From positions 25,732,001-25,796,000 of the forward strand of contig CM075988.1 of the NCBI GenBank assembly GCA_038087875.1: a stretch of DNA of 64,000 bases, read 5' to 3'. Source of the stretch: Malacoraja senta (taxonomy: Eukaryota). Under the pieces are notes generated by a model. The model saw only the letters and a program-made list of their open reading frames with translations, searched no databases and was not told the origin of the DNA. The stretch's first letter is position 1; each line of letters begins with the position of its first letter. This document shows, piece after piece, positions 24,585-36,516 of this stretch. The translations under genes and the position numbers were made by a program.

Positions 24585-25062
24585 GAGAATCATAGAGTGA
24601 TACAGTGTGGAAACAGGCCCTTCGGCCCAACTTGCCCACACCGGCCAACATATCCCATCTACACTAGTCTCACCTGCAAGAATTGGTTCATATCCCTCCA
24701 GACCTGTCCTATCCATGTACCTGCCTAACTGTTTTTTAAATGTTGGGATAGTCCCAGCCTCAACTACCTCCTCTGGCAGCTTGTTCCATACACCCACCAC
24801 ACTTTATGTCAAAAAGTTACCCCTCAGATTCCTATAAAATCTTTTCCCCTTCACCTTAAACCTATGTCCTCAGGTCCTCGATTCACCTACTCTGCGCAAA
24901 AGACTGTGTGCATCTACCCGATCTATTCCTCTCATGATTTTGTACACCTCTAAAATATCGCCCCTCTTCTTCCTGCACTCCATGGAATAGAGACCCAGAC
25001 TTTTCAACCACTGCCCATAGCTCAGACCCTCTAGTCCTGGCAACATCCTCGTAACATTTCTA
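24585..25062 (-). mobile_element. CR1/HER1 3' fragment (subfamily sharing its tail with HE1 SINE)
   Basis: VVGVWNKLPEEVVEAGT...; tail GGGCCGAAGGGCCTGTTTCCACACTGTATC matches the HE1 tail. Confidence 0.9.
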
Positions 25063-25289
25063 CAAAGTCTTCAACTCTTCACCTTATTCTTCCCCAAGCT
25101 TTATCCTATGTTCTGCAACTTACTTCCTGAGCCCCTCAAATGTTCCACTTTTTACCTCCTCCATAGCTTTAATAAGTATTGCTTTGGCTTAGCTTTTGTT
25201 CTTCTCCGAATACCTTCTCGTGAGGAGAGCAACATTTTATTGGATACCACTCTTATGAAGATTCTAGGGACAATTAGTTGAGTCACACA

Positions 25290-25700
25290 CAAGTAGCACA
25301 TGTTAGTTGAGGCATCGTGGGTAGATCGGGCGGCCAAGAAGGCTTTTGGTACGTTGGCCTTCAGCAGTCAAGTATTGAGTATTGAAGTTGGACTGTTATG
25401 TTGTAGTTTGTACCAGACGTTGTGAGGCTGCAGTTGGTGTATTGTGTTCAGTCTTGGTCACCCTGCGATAGGAAGGATGGTGAAATATAGAACTGCAGAT
25501 GCTGGTTTACATAAAAGGACACAAAGTGCTGGAGTAACTCCAGAACAGTGCTGGTGCCCAAAACTGAAGACAATACTCCAACTGTGGCCTCACCACAACT
25601 GTACCATAACGTCCCCGACTTCTGTACTCGGTTCTCTGACTGATGAAGGCCAATGTGCCAAAGGCCATCATCACCGACCTATCTACTTGTGATGTCATTG
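25290..25700. mobile_element. Two inverted CR1 RT fragments around a short Penelope terminus
   Basis: KAFG.LAFISQ.IEY.S...VRPQLEYCVQFW motif present on both strands. Confidence 0.75.
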
Positions 25701-26063
25701 CTTGTCCCTGAGGTGGGACTTGAACTTACAGTCTTCAGATTCAATTTATTCACTAATCCTTAGCTGCCACGTGGCTACAACAGAATGAAGTCTTCTTTCC
25801 AGACTAGGTTCACTGAGATCAAAGGTAGAGCTGCCAGTACAAGAGGAGGAATCAGAACAAGTCAGAAGGAACTTTGGCAACGTAGGCCAGTGTAGTTGAG
25901 CTGAAGCGACACATCGTCCTATAGTCTTTGAGTTTATTGTCACCTGCACAGGTGCAATGAGAGGCAGGTGCAATGAAAGTCTTGCTTGCATGGACATTCA
26001 AAAAACAGTAATGTTTTATTCCTTAAAAGTAATTTCATATTTAAGGAGGTTTAAAGAACAGCT

Positions 26064-26300
26064 TGTGTAGGAAGGAACTGCAGATGTTGGTTTGTACCGA
26101 AGATAGCCACAAAGTGCTGGAGTAACTGAGCGGGTCAGGCAGCATCTCTGGAGGAAAGGAATGGGTGACGTTTCTGGATGAGACTGAATATAGAGGTGGG
26201 GGGCGGGGGGGGGGGATAAACTGGAGGAGAGAGGCCGTCAACAGATGAGCTGAGTAAGTGTGGAGCTCATAATGGGCCATTGTTGGCTGGGGAAGGTGTG
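26064..26300 (-). mobile_element. Penelope terminus plus 3'UTR fragment
   Basis: TGTGTAGGAAGGAACTGCAGATG... on the + strand. Confidence 0.7.
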
Positions 26301-27042
26301 CTTGTTTACATGGCACAGTAGATTACATTCCCCTCTGGTATCTTGGCAACATCTAGTTCAAGCTGAGCCGTGGGCTGAATGATGGGGCAAAGATCAAACA
26401 GCCACTTGGGTCCCAGCCCAGTACAACTGATCGCATTCATTTTTATTTAATAAGGCCACAACTGGAAATATTTCCAGAATATGAGCAGAGCAAATATTAA
26501 AAGAACCTAGTGATTGTCTCACTAAATCTCACTAAATGGTCTTGTAACATGAGTCAGCAAGTTGAAATAAATGAAAGGTCTCGAGTGGGGGAATAGATTT
26601 GTTTGAATTCAAGCAAGTTGTTCCAAGGTATTTCACAGTGAAGTAGCCAAGGACTTAAGGAAGAAGTTGGAAGGCTGATCACAAATATCTTAATAAAAGT
26701 GGTAGGTTTTAAGCTGCCCGTTGGAGAAGAGACTGATGGATGGTTTGGGCAATGGATGCCCAACTCTTGGGTCCAGGGCTTGGGCAGCCGAAGGGATGGC
26801 CATTAGTGGAGAAGCCAGGGGAATAAGGGAAGTGGGCAAGAGACCAGAGTTGGAGGAGCACAGAGGTCTTGAAGGGCTGCAAAACTAAACGGGCGTCAAG
26901 GCGAGGGTTAGGGCAGTTGACTGTGTCGCAATCAGCCTCAGTACCAATCACAACCCTCACTGCCTTCATCCTCTCCCATTTGTTAAAAGGAAATTCAGCC
27001 ATTTAATACTAGATCTATGTAGAGGCAGAGCAGGTACAAACG

Positions 27043-27318
27043 GGTAGCGGTAGAGTTGCTGCCTCACTGCGCAGAGACCTGCGTTCGATCCTGATTAAAG
27101 GCGCTGTCTGTACGGAGTTGTACGTTCTCCCGGTGACCGCGTGGGTTTTCTCCAGGCGCTCCGGTTTCCTCCCACATTCCAAAGATAAGCAGGTTTGTAG
27201 GTTAATTAGCTTCTGTGATTTGTGGGATAGAACATGTGTATGGGTGATCATTGGTTGGCGTGGACTTGGTGGGCCGAAGGGCCTGTATCCACGCTGCATC
27301 TCTAAACTAAACTAAACT
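27043..27318 (+). mobile_element. HE1 SINE
   Basis: Head, V-domain and (CTAAA)n tail. Confidence 0.88.
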
Positions 27319-27334
27319 ATGGTAGATTTGGTAA

Positions 27335-27853
27335 ACTAAACATGGTAGAGTCTGTTCTCACCTTCTCCATCATGGTCTGGTTTGGCTCAGCCACCAAGCA
27401 CGACACCTGGAGGCTGCAGCGAATCGTCCGATCAGCAGAGAAGGTTATTGGCTGCAACCTTCCCTCCATTGACGAACTGTACACTGCAAGGGCCAGGGAG
27501 CGGGCAAGATCATCTCTGACCCCTCTCACCCTGGCCACAAACTCTTTGAATCACTTCCCTCTGGAAGGCGACTCCGGACTGTCAAAGCTGCCACAGCCAG
27601 ACATAAAAACAGTTTTTAACCATGCGTAGTTGCTCTACTCAACAGCCAAAAATCTGTAGCCTCCCTTTGATCTGGTATTTTGTTGGTTCACATGCTTGAT
27701 CAATGGTGTTTTATCATTAATGTTTTATTATTATTAATGTTTAGTGTTTTCTGAGTCATTCGTAACTGTCACTGTATGTCATGTTGTTACTTGTGGGTGG
27801 AGCACCAAGGCAAATTCCTTGTATGTGAATACTTGGCCAATAAACTTACTTAC
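27335..27853 (+). mobile_element. Rex1/Babar LINE 3' fragment
   Basis: VESVLTFSIMVWFGSATKHD..RLQRIVRSAEKVIG..LPSI; AATAAA(CTTA)n tail. Confidence 0.88.
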
Positions 27854-28044
27854 TAAATGTGAAATTACCTGCATTTGCCTAAAATTGCTTCTCTGAAAAG
27901 TAGTGGTTTAGTAGCTCCGTAAAGGATAACACAACTCCATGTTGCTGGCCTGGCAGTGTGGCCATATCCCAGAATTCCCACAGTAATATCACCAGGATGT
28001 CGGGTTATCCCAGTAACTGAACTTGTACTGTTTCTTTTATCTAG

Positions 28045-29627
28045 ATCCTGCTAGTCTAGTAAATGGCAATCATCAACCTCCCCTTAATGAAGCTACAAGC
28101 AACCAGCCGTCCAGATCGCAAGCCACTCCGAGTTCACTGGTCAGTTCCATTGAGAAGGATCTGCAAGACATCATGGATTCTCTGGTGATGGAGGATGCTG
28201 TCACTCCCAGTAAAAAGCAGGCTGCCAATGCCCAGTCACCTTTGTCCCCAATGGTCAATGGTGGAGGGAGGTACCTGCTGTCACCTCCACTCAGTCCTGG
28301 TGCAATGTCAGTGGGGTCAAGTTATGACAATATGTCCCCACCATTCTCGCCCCTGTCGTCCCCATCACCGGGCAGCAGCAGCAGTTGTACCAGCCATTCG
28401 CCAGGTGCCCTGGACCAAGTGGTATTGCCCCCCACTGTGCCTATTCGCTCTTCCAGTTACAACCACATGGTGCAGCCTCCATCCCCGTGGCCAGTGCCGG
28501 GCTACAGTGGCGTGACCCTGGATGCGGTCAAGTGCAACGGGCTTGGCCCAGGCCTGCAGCGAGTGCCGGAGAGTCCCCGAGCTCACAGGAAAGTGCCCAA
28601 CGTCCACGAGACTCCGCCAAGCCCAACCCTTACCCGCAGAGCGTTTCCACTAGATGCCTTGAATTCAGCAACGCTTAACGAAACCAGGAAGATGCCAGAA
28701 AGTTCCAAACTATCCCTACAAAGTCACAACGTGCCCTTGGTGTCCGTTAGTCCAGGTGACTTCAGTGGTGGGGGCTCCAGAGGTCAAGTTGGTTCGGTCC
28801 CCGGCAGCCCGAGATCTGGGGCCAAGTTTCATCCGTCTCCAAGCCCGAGGACCAAGGGAGGTGCCCTTCAAGATAGGTCTCCAAGCCCTTTCAGAGAGAC
28901 CAAGGAGGCACCCATTGACCGATCCATCACCTCCAGCCCATCGAGGCTCACGTCCCCGAGAGCGTTCCAGCCTTTGGAGAGCTCAGGGTATGTCCACGTA
29001 AACCAGCCTGTCCAGTTGCAGCCAAGAAACCTCCAGCCTCCTGACAGTCCCCGATTGGGCAGAAGAAGCATTGAAAGCATGAGAGAGTTGCCTCCGTTAA
29101 GTCCTTCAATGACAAGGAGGGCTGTGCCACTCGCTACCTTCTCAAATCTCCCAAGTTCTCCTCAGGCCAGGACCTCTCGTGACGTGGTCCATCACGACGG
29201 TCCCTCGCACCAGACCAAACTGGTCAAGGAGTTGCCCGAAAGCCCTCGGTTTAGACGCAAGTTTTCGTCCGGCTCGTCTGAAAGAATCGAGGACTTCTCG
29301 CTGCTGAGCGTGTCTGGCTTAAGCACCTTGAGCAGTGGGAGAGGAGTGAGGGATCGCAGCCCTTCCCCAACCCTGCTCCCCGTCGAGCCTCCACGGAAAG
29401 CCTACGGGAATACGTTAACCCCGGCGCACAGCCTGTCTTCATTGTCCATCCCAGCCCCGCTGCAGAGCCCGAGAATGCCGAGGAAAATGTCGGCGGATGA
29501 GAGGATCCCAGCGCCGCGACAACGCAAGAACAGTATTTCTGAAATCAGCGACAATGAGGACGAACTCCTGGATTATCACCGGCGACAGAGAGAGGAACGG
29601 ATCCGGGAGCAGGAGATGCAGATGTTG
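28045..29627 (+). CDS. PHLDB1: PHLDB1 large Ser/Pro-rich coding exon, phase 1-0
   Basis: Lies within ORF 28023-29636. Acceptor tttcttttatctAG, donor TTG|GTGAGC; 1583 nt. Contains SLVNGNH, SSLVSSIEKDLQDIMDSLV, GRYLLSPP-SPGAMSVGSSY, SMRELPPLSPS and RKNSISEISDNEDELLDYHRRQREERIREQEM, all recognisable PHLDB1 motifs. Confidence 0.97.
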
Positions 29628-29681
29628 GTGAGCTGATGATTCTCTTTCCCTTCAGCTGATGAATGGTGTTGAAGTGTAGAC

Positions 29682-29968
29682 GGTTTAAGAATAAGGAGTA
29701 AGCCATTTAGAACGGAGACGAGGAAAGACTTTTTCTCACAGTGATGAGTCTGTGGAATTCTCTGCCTCAGAGGGAGGTGGAGGCAGGTTCTCTGGATGCT
29801 TTCAAGAGAGAGCTAGATAGGGCTCTTAAAAATAGCGGAGTCAGGGGATATGGGGAGAAGGCAGGAGCAGGGTACTGATTGGGGATGATCAGCCATGATC
29901 ACATTGAATGGCGGTGCTGGCTCGAAGGGCCAAATGGCCTACTCCTGCACATTGTCTATTGTCTATTG
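29682..29968 (+). mobile_element. CR1/HER1 3' fragment
   Basis: Same family as 5783-6095 and 43240-43715. Confidence 0.9.
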
Positions 29969-30854
29969 TAGAGCAGTGTAGACTCCCACTTGTCTACTCT
30001 GATCATTCATTCCTCTCCTGTTCCTACACTGTCCATTTCCCCTTTAGTTCTTCCTCTTTCTCCCATTTCTCATTATCTCATTATTTCTCCTTGATTCTCT
30101 TTCTCCCATTTTCATTGTCCCTTCGTATTGTTTCTTCGCACTCTCTCTTTTCTTTACGTCTCTTTGCTCATCTCTTTCTGTCTTCCTCCCTTTCCCCTTT
30201 CTTGCCTTGCCTCGCTCTCCCCTCCCCAGGACTCCCAAGGGCAGTCAGTCTACCCCACGACACATGGGGAAGTTTGATAGCCACAGGGAAAAAGGATCTC
30301 CTGTGGCGTTCTGTGCTGCATCTTGGTGGAACCAGTCTGTTGCTGAAGGTGCTCCTCAGGTTGACCAGCGAGTCATGGCTGGTCGGCCTTTAAGGTACGT
30401 CTAATTCTGAGACTGTGACCTCTGGTCCCAGACTCTCCCACGAGTGGAATTAAATCTCTCCATCTCTCTTTCTTCCTTTAAGATACATGATCAATCCTGA
30501 CCTTGTGTATGTCCTACCAATCATTGTTTGATCATTTCTGCAGAGCCCTGGGCCATTCTGTGCAAAGCTGGATTGACTAGTTTGATTTCTTCGTTGCTTT
30601 AAATTAGACACAAAAACGTGCTATGCCTGAATTTAATTAGCGAGATATGTTGCATTTCCTTCAGTGATGCGAACACTTCCTGTCAATTGACCCATTTTCC
30701 CCTCCAATGCAAGTTTTTCATCGGCACTAATCCAGTGTTTCTAGGCAACAGAAAGCGTCTAATCTGTGTTGAATTGCATCTCTTTGTAGCTCACCTGATG
30801 GTCCTGTGAATATAGTTTGTAATGAGAGCCTGGTTCACTTATCCTGCCAGCGAG

Positions 30855-31151
30855 TTTAGTTTAGAGATAGAGCCGGAAACAGGCCCTTCAGCCCACTGCC
30901 GACCAGCGATCCCTGTACACTAATACTCTTCTACACACCCTAAGGACCATTTACACTTATACCAAGCCATCTAAACCTACAAACCTGTACGTCTTTGGAG
31001 TGTGGGAGGAAACCGGAGATCTCAGAGGAAACCCACACAGGTCACGGGGAGAAGGTACAAACTCCGTACAGACAGCACCCGTAGTCAGGATCGAACCCGG
31101 GTCTCTGGCGCTGTGAGGCAGCAACTCTACCGCTGCGCCACCGTGCCGCCC
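30855..31151 (-). mobile_element. HE1 SINE (near full length)
   Basis: Ends CTCTACCGCTGCGCCACCGTGCCGCCC on the + strand. Confidence 0.9.
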
Positions 31152-31444
31152 GAGTTATGGAGGACTTTGCGGTTGATGGTATCACCTGAAACACTGCTAG
31201 CGGGGACCACCATCAGCAAGCTGTCAGTTAGCACACTTCCTACAACACACTTCTGACTGCATTTCAACAAAATATTAATTGCTTTTGGGACTTACTGAGC
31301 TTGATAAACATAAACACGTAAACACGTCTTCATTCTGTTGTCGTTACTGTGCTCAACATTGACCACATTGTTCATGGGAAGCAGATGCTGCATTATTTCA
31401 GCATATTGTTTCCTCTGGATAGAGGAGCCACCTGAAACTGTGCT

Positions 31445-31770
31445 GTGTGTGTGTGCGTGCGTGGGTGTGTGTGTGTGTGCGTGCGTGGGTGTGTGTGTGC
31501 GTGCGTGTGTGCGGGTGCGTGTGTGTGCACGTGTGCGAGCATGTGAGTGTGTATGTGTGCATGTTAGTTTGTGTGCATGCGAGTATGTGTGTGCGAGTAT
31601 GTGTGTGTGTGTTCCGTTGTGTGTGCATGTGAGTGTGCATGCGAGTGTGTGTGCACGTGAGTGTGTGTGTGTGCGTGCGAGTGTGCATGCATGCGCGTAT
31701 GTGTGTGCGAGTGTGTGTGCATGTGTGAGTGTGTGCGAGTGTGTGTGCGTGGAGGTATGTGTGTGTGCGC
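31445..31770. repeat. Degenerate (GT)/(GC) alternating microsatellite
   Basis: Purine-pyrimidine alternation across about 325 bp. Confidence 0.9.
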
Positions 31771-32422
31771 ATAAGAAACCTTCATGAAAATAAGACGATA
31801 TGGAGGTAGAGTGGTGAAGGGTAACCAAGTAAGATCCTGCCCACTTTAATACAATGACACTTTAAGCCACACTAACAGAGAGTGAAGGTTGTCTTTCCAT
31901 GCCAAATATTCAGCAGTACAAGAAATGCAGCTTTTTGTTAAATTATTCGGCTCGCTGTGCTGTAGATTGCCTCATGCTGTGGGAAGTGAATTCAAATGTC
32001 ACTGCATCAGGGAGCCAGAAGGCCCATAAACCATCTTGCTCCCACTCTGACCTGCTGGTGAACCTGGCTTCCCAGAGTGTGAGAGAGTTTCCCCATTAAC
32101 CACCAACATGCCCACCGCCTCTGCTCTTCCATTGCTGGTAAAGTAACTTGGGAAATGTTCCCAATTAACTGGGACAGGGGAAGCGCAGATGTGTCGCAAC
32201 CCCCCCCCCCCTGCCCTTTGACCCGCCATGTGCACAGCTGATGTGGTTACCACTGGCATTTGTGGAACATTCCCAATCCCCGCTCTGCATGGGAGAATTC
32301 TGCACTCAGATTGGAAAACCCACAAGAATGCAGCTTTTAATTGAAGAATCCTGACAGCTGCACAAGCATTAGTGAGTATTAGCTGGGAAACACTAATACC
32401 AGAGGGAACGAGAGGAAACAGA

Positions 32423-32716
32423 GGGCGGCACGTTGGGGCAGTAGTAGAGTTGCTGACCGTCAGGGTTCAATCCTGACTACGGGTGCTGTCTCTACAGAGT
32501 TTGTACCTTCTCCCCGTGACCTGCGTGGGTTTTCCCCAGGTGCTCCGGTTTCCTCCCACACTCCAAAGACGTATAGGTTTGTCGGCTAATTGGCTTTGGT
32601 AAAAATTGTAAATTGTCCCTAGTGTGTGTCCAATAGTGTTGGTGGTAATGGCTGGTCAGCACGGGCTTGGTGGGCTGAAGGGCCTATTTCTGCGGTGTAT
32701 CTCTAAACTAGAACTG
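32423..32716 (+). mobile_element. HE1 SINE
   Basis: GGGCGGCAC head, V-domain and tail. Confidence 0.88.
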
Positions 32717-33355
32717 AAAGTCCAATCTAGTCTAAACCTTTCCTATCCATGAGTTTGTTCGGTAGGTCAAGTCCAAGTCAATCTTTCTCTGAAATAGTCT
32801 GTCCATTCACTCCACAGTTGCTGCCTGACCCGCTGAGTTCCTCCAGCAGTTTAATGGTGGGGCTGTGGGTGACCCTTGCTTCTATCTCCTTGTGTAGTTG
32901 TGCTTGTCCCATAGAATGAGGGATTCCATGTTCCCTGAGCCACACTACATCCATGCCAGAAGCTCGTCTCTCATAATATTTTCCTCATCGTCCTGCCAGT
33001 GGAAATGTGACTCATGTAGCTCTTCCCACATCTTGCAGCCATGGAAACCATGTGTTTGTTGTGCTGGGTGACAGGAGAAACCCAAAATGAAATCATGCAT
33101 TCTGTAATCAGCGTGAGCTCTGTGTGTTACTTCTGGTGCAGTCACCTCTCTCGTTTCTGCACTCATTTCTTCCCTGCTCCACTTCCATGGACGTTGGCAG
33201 ATTGTTGGGCTACGCACCCAGGGAACCTGGATATCTGCCTGTTGATCCATGGCAAATAGGAAGTTGAATAGTTCAGGGGGAAAGAAGTATTGGGGTGCAA
33301 TCCATAAATGCTACATACTAGAGTGTAGATTGGTCGGTATTAGGTATTGGAGTAC

Positions 33356-33884
33356 ACTTCTATGGTAGGTAGATGTGGGGGTACAGTCCTATGGAAGGTG
33401 GATGATGGGGTACAGTTCTATGGAAGGTGGATGATGGGGTACAGTTCTATGGGAGGTAGATGATGGGGTACAGTTCTATGGAAGGTAGATGATGGGGTAC
33501 AGTTCTATGGAAGGTAGATGATGGGGTACAGTTCTATGGAAGGTAGATGATGGGGTACAGTTCTATGGAAGGTAGATATTGGGGTACAGTTCTATGGGAG
33601 GTAGAGGTTGGGGTACAGTTCTATGGGAGGTAGATATTGGGGTACAGTTCTATGGGAGGTAGATATTGGGGTACAGTTCTATGGGAGGTAGATATTGGGG
33701 TACAGTTCTATGGGAGGTAGAGGTTGGGGTACAGTTCTATGGGAGGTAGATGATGGGGTACAGTTCTATGGAAGGTGGATGATGGGGTACAGTTCTATGG
33801 GAGGTGGATGATGGGGTACAGTTCTATGGGAGGTGGATGATGGGGTACAGTTCTATGGAAGGTAGATGATGGGGTACAGTTCTC
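33356..33884. repeat. 29-bp minisatellite, about 18 copies
   Basis: Unit GTTCTATGG(A/G)AGGT(A/G)GATGATGGGGTACA in head-to-tail array with no spacers. Confidence 0.95.
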
Positions 33885-33941
33885 TGGACACTAGGTTTTG
33901 AGTTGTATTTTCCATAAACAGTAAGTATGTGCATGCAGGAT

Positions 33942-34122
33942 GTGTGGGAAGGAACTGCAGATGCTGGTTTATACCGAAGATGGACCCAAAATGCTGGAGT
34001 AACTCAGCGGGTCAGGCAGCATCTCTGGAGGTAACGTTTCCAACTCAAAACGTCAATTATTCCGTTTCCCCAGAGATGCTGCCTGACCCGCTGAGTTACT
34101 CCCAGCTTTTTGTGTCTGTCTC
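33942..34122. mobile_element. Penelope-terminus fold-back element
   Basis: Inverted arms with degenerate centre. Confidence 0.78.
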
Positions 34123-34359
34123 CAGTTATTTGAGTGCATTTCTATTAGCATTAGTTATTGGGATAGATTTCCAAAGGCAATAACTGTCAGGGTGCAGTTG
34201 AGTAGATGCTTGGTGTTGGGGTACAAGTATTGGGCCACTCTTCTTGAAGCAATCGTCATCAGGAATGCGGTTGGCTTCCCGCTAGTTATTGGGATATTGT
34301 TCTCGAAGTATCCATTGTAACTTATGTATAAGAAGGAACTGTAATATATGGAACACCTC

Positions 34360-34577
34360 ATCTAGGATGCAGATGAGGCAGAGAAGGAGGAATTAGGAGA
34401 AGGAGAGAGTCTTTGCAGGAGGCAGGGTGGGAAGAAGTGTAGTCTAGATAGCTGTGGGAGTCAGTAACATACGTCAGTTGAGAGCCTGTCTCCTGTGATG
34501 GAGATGGATGAGATTAAGAAAGGGGAGGGCGATGTCGGAGATGGTCCAAGTGAATTTGAGAGAAGGATGGAAATTTG
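34360..34577 (-). mobile_element. Penelope reverse transcriptase fragment
   Basis: Minus strand reads NFHPSLKFTWTISDIALPFL...TDSHSYLDYTSSHPASCKD. Confidence 0.85.
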
Positions 34578-35212
34578 TACCGAAATTCTTTATAACGTGC
34601 CTCATTATGTCTTTGGGTGCAAGTGTGCTGTGTGAATGTTGAACCAGTTATTTAGCTGTGGATCCCAATGTTAGCTGAGTTCAATGCCAAGATCAAGACA
34701 CTTCTGATCACCAAAGAGCAAAGGGGAGCGTAAACTCTGTCCCTGATGGCTGAACAACAGCAGGCAGCTCATTCTGCCATTGTCTGCCATAATATGGCCA
34801 TCATTCATACCACCTGAGACTTTGGTTCACCATCTGATGAGGGAGACAGCCAGGATCAAGAGGTCCACTCTAACCAACTCCCTGATTCCATGGGGGAACT
34901 TTGCCTTGAATCTCCGCAGTGATTTTCATAACCGTAGCGAGATCATGAAACTCGTTAAAAATCAGGCCTCCACTCTGGACCTGAGTCAATCAGTACAACA
35001 AACCTTCTCACTGATTCTAAAACGAAATGCTGGAGGAACTCAGTGGGTCAGGTCAGGCCGCAGGTAGAAGGATGGTCACCATTTCAGTTTGAGCCCTGCA
35101 TTGGGACTGGGAGGGGAGATAGCCAGTACAACGAGTCTCTCTCCCTGAGGAACTCTGATTCCCTGAGGAGATATTACCCTGAATCTTCAGCAGTGATTTT
35201 CATAATTGCTAA

Positions 35213-35527
35213 AGCCCTGTCCGGTACGAGTTCATTCCAAGAGCTCTCCCGAGTTTGCCCTGATTCGAACTCGGAGATTTACGGTAATGGCCACTCGTCG
35301 GTACTCGGGGCTCTCGTGGACATTTTTCATCATGTTCAAAAATCTTCACGAGTCTTCCCGTGCTTGCCTGCCGTTAGCGAGTCTTCCCGAGTACCTGCCG
35401 TTAGCGCTGAGAGACGTCCCCGAGCTCCGACGTACCCGCTACGTTCATTCTCCGTGCTTACCACGAGTTTGATTTTTTTTAAACTCGGGAGAGCTCTTGG
35501 AATGAACTCGTACCGTGGGACAGGGCT
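35213..35527. mobile_element. Harbinger-type MITE, family A
   Basis: TAA|AGCCCTGTCC...GGGACAGGGCT|TTA; reverse orientation of the 9670 copy. Confidence 0.88.
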
Positions 35528-36023
35528 TTAACAGGTCCTACAGACTTAACCAGCAACAAGGTTCTTTTGGTTTGATGCATAGTCACTGTTTTAATGTCGG
35601 AAGGTGATTTAAAGGGCCAGGTTTCAGTCTGGGGTAGACCCCGTTTGACAGGAGCTGTGGCTGGCTCTGTTAGATCAACGTGGAACATGATGTTTGTGCC
35701 AGACAAGAGGGGAGGTTCCTGTGAAAGCTTCAAAACAGCGAATGCGTTTCATAGCAACTCGTGGCGCATCTGTCAGTGGCTGACATTTGGAATTAATTAC
35801 CTTTCACAGCACCTGGCTCCTCACACCTGCCATCCTTAACACCACATTACCTGGCTCCAGGTTCACATCCTGTTAAAGTGATTAGTTGCTCTCACTTTTC
35901 ACCCTTTCTAATGACTAACCTTTCTGAAGCAGCCCCCTGCTGATGTTTATCCTTGCCTCGAGTGTAGCCCAGCGTCGCATTTTGTTTAATATTCCACACC
36001 TCTCGTATCCAGGGATGTTGTAA

Positions 36024-36268
36024 ATCTTTCACCCAGTGAGTTGTGAATCTGCGGAACTCTCTGCCACAGAAGGCAGTGGAGGCCAATTCGCTGGATGTTT
36101 TCAAAAGAGAGTTAGATTTAGCTCTTGGGGCTAACGGAATCAAGGGATATGGGGAGAAAGCAGGAACGGGGTACTGATTTTGGATGATCAGCCATGATCA
36201 TATTGAGTGGCGGTGCTGGCTCGAAGGCCGAATGGCCTACACCTGCACCTATTTTCCATGTTTCTATG
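36024..36268 (+). mobile_element. CR1/HER1 3' fragment
   Basis: TTTCACCCAG.GAGTTGTGAATCTG...TTTCTATGT tail. Confidence 0.88.
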
Positions 36269-36516
36269 TAACCACTAACATCAATGCAATTTGTCCCTCA
36301 GTTTACAATGAGAGAGTGATAATTTATTTTGCTACAGTGGCCCTGACTGCCTGTGTTTCGAACCATTGACGTACAAAGCTATTTTTCACAATGCCCTGTG
36401 TACATTGCCCTGTACGCACAGGAAATCCAAAACGTACATCATTCATTTCACCCTGACTTTTCCATTTTCAAATTTTAATTTAAAAACCATTTTCCAGGAA
36501 CGCATGCATTGCGTAA

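Noticed and set aside
28023..28044. ORF-track start of the 537-aa protein
   Set aside because: The start is a TTG in the polypyrimidine tract; the exon begins at 28045 and ends at the 29627 donor.
31292..31828. Overlapping ORFs on both strands
   Set aside because: Translation of a microsatellite.
31784..31828. Phase-0 mini first exon MKIRRYGGRVVKGNQ|GTAAGA
   Set aside because: Weak Kozak and abuts a microsatellite; it illustrates the chance rate for such candidates.
33356..33884. CRISPR-like array (29-bp repeats)
   Set aside because: Units are head-to-tail with no unique spacers, there are no cas genes, and the context is a vertebrate intron.
35043..35531. Recurrent ORFs in MITE family A as a small gene family
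   Set aside because: No transposase or other motifs; the ORFs reflect GC-rich repeat sequence and vary between copies.
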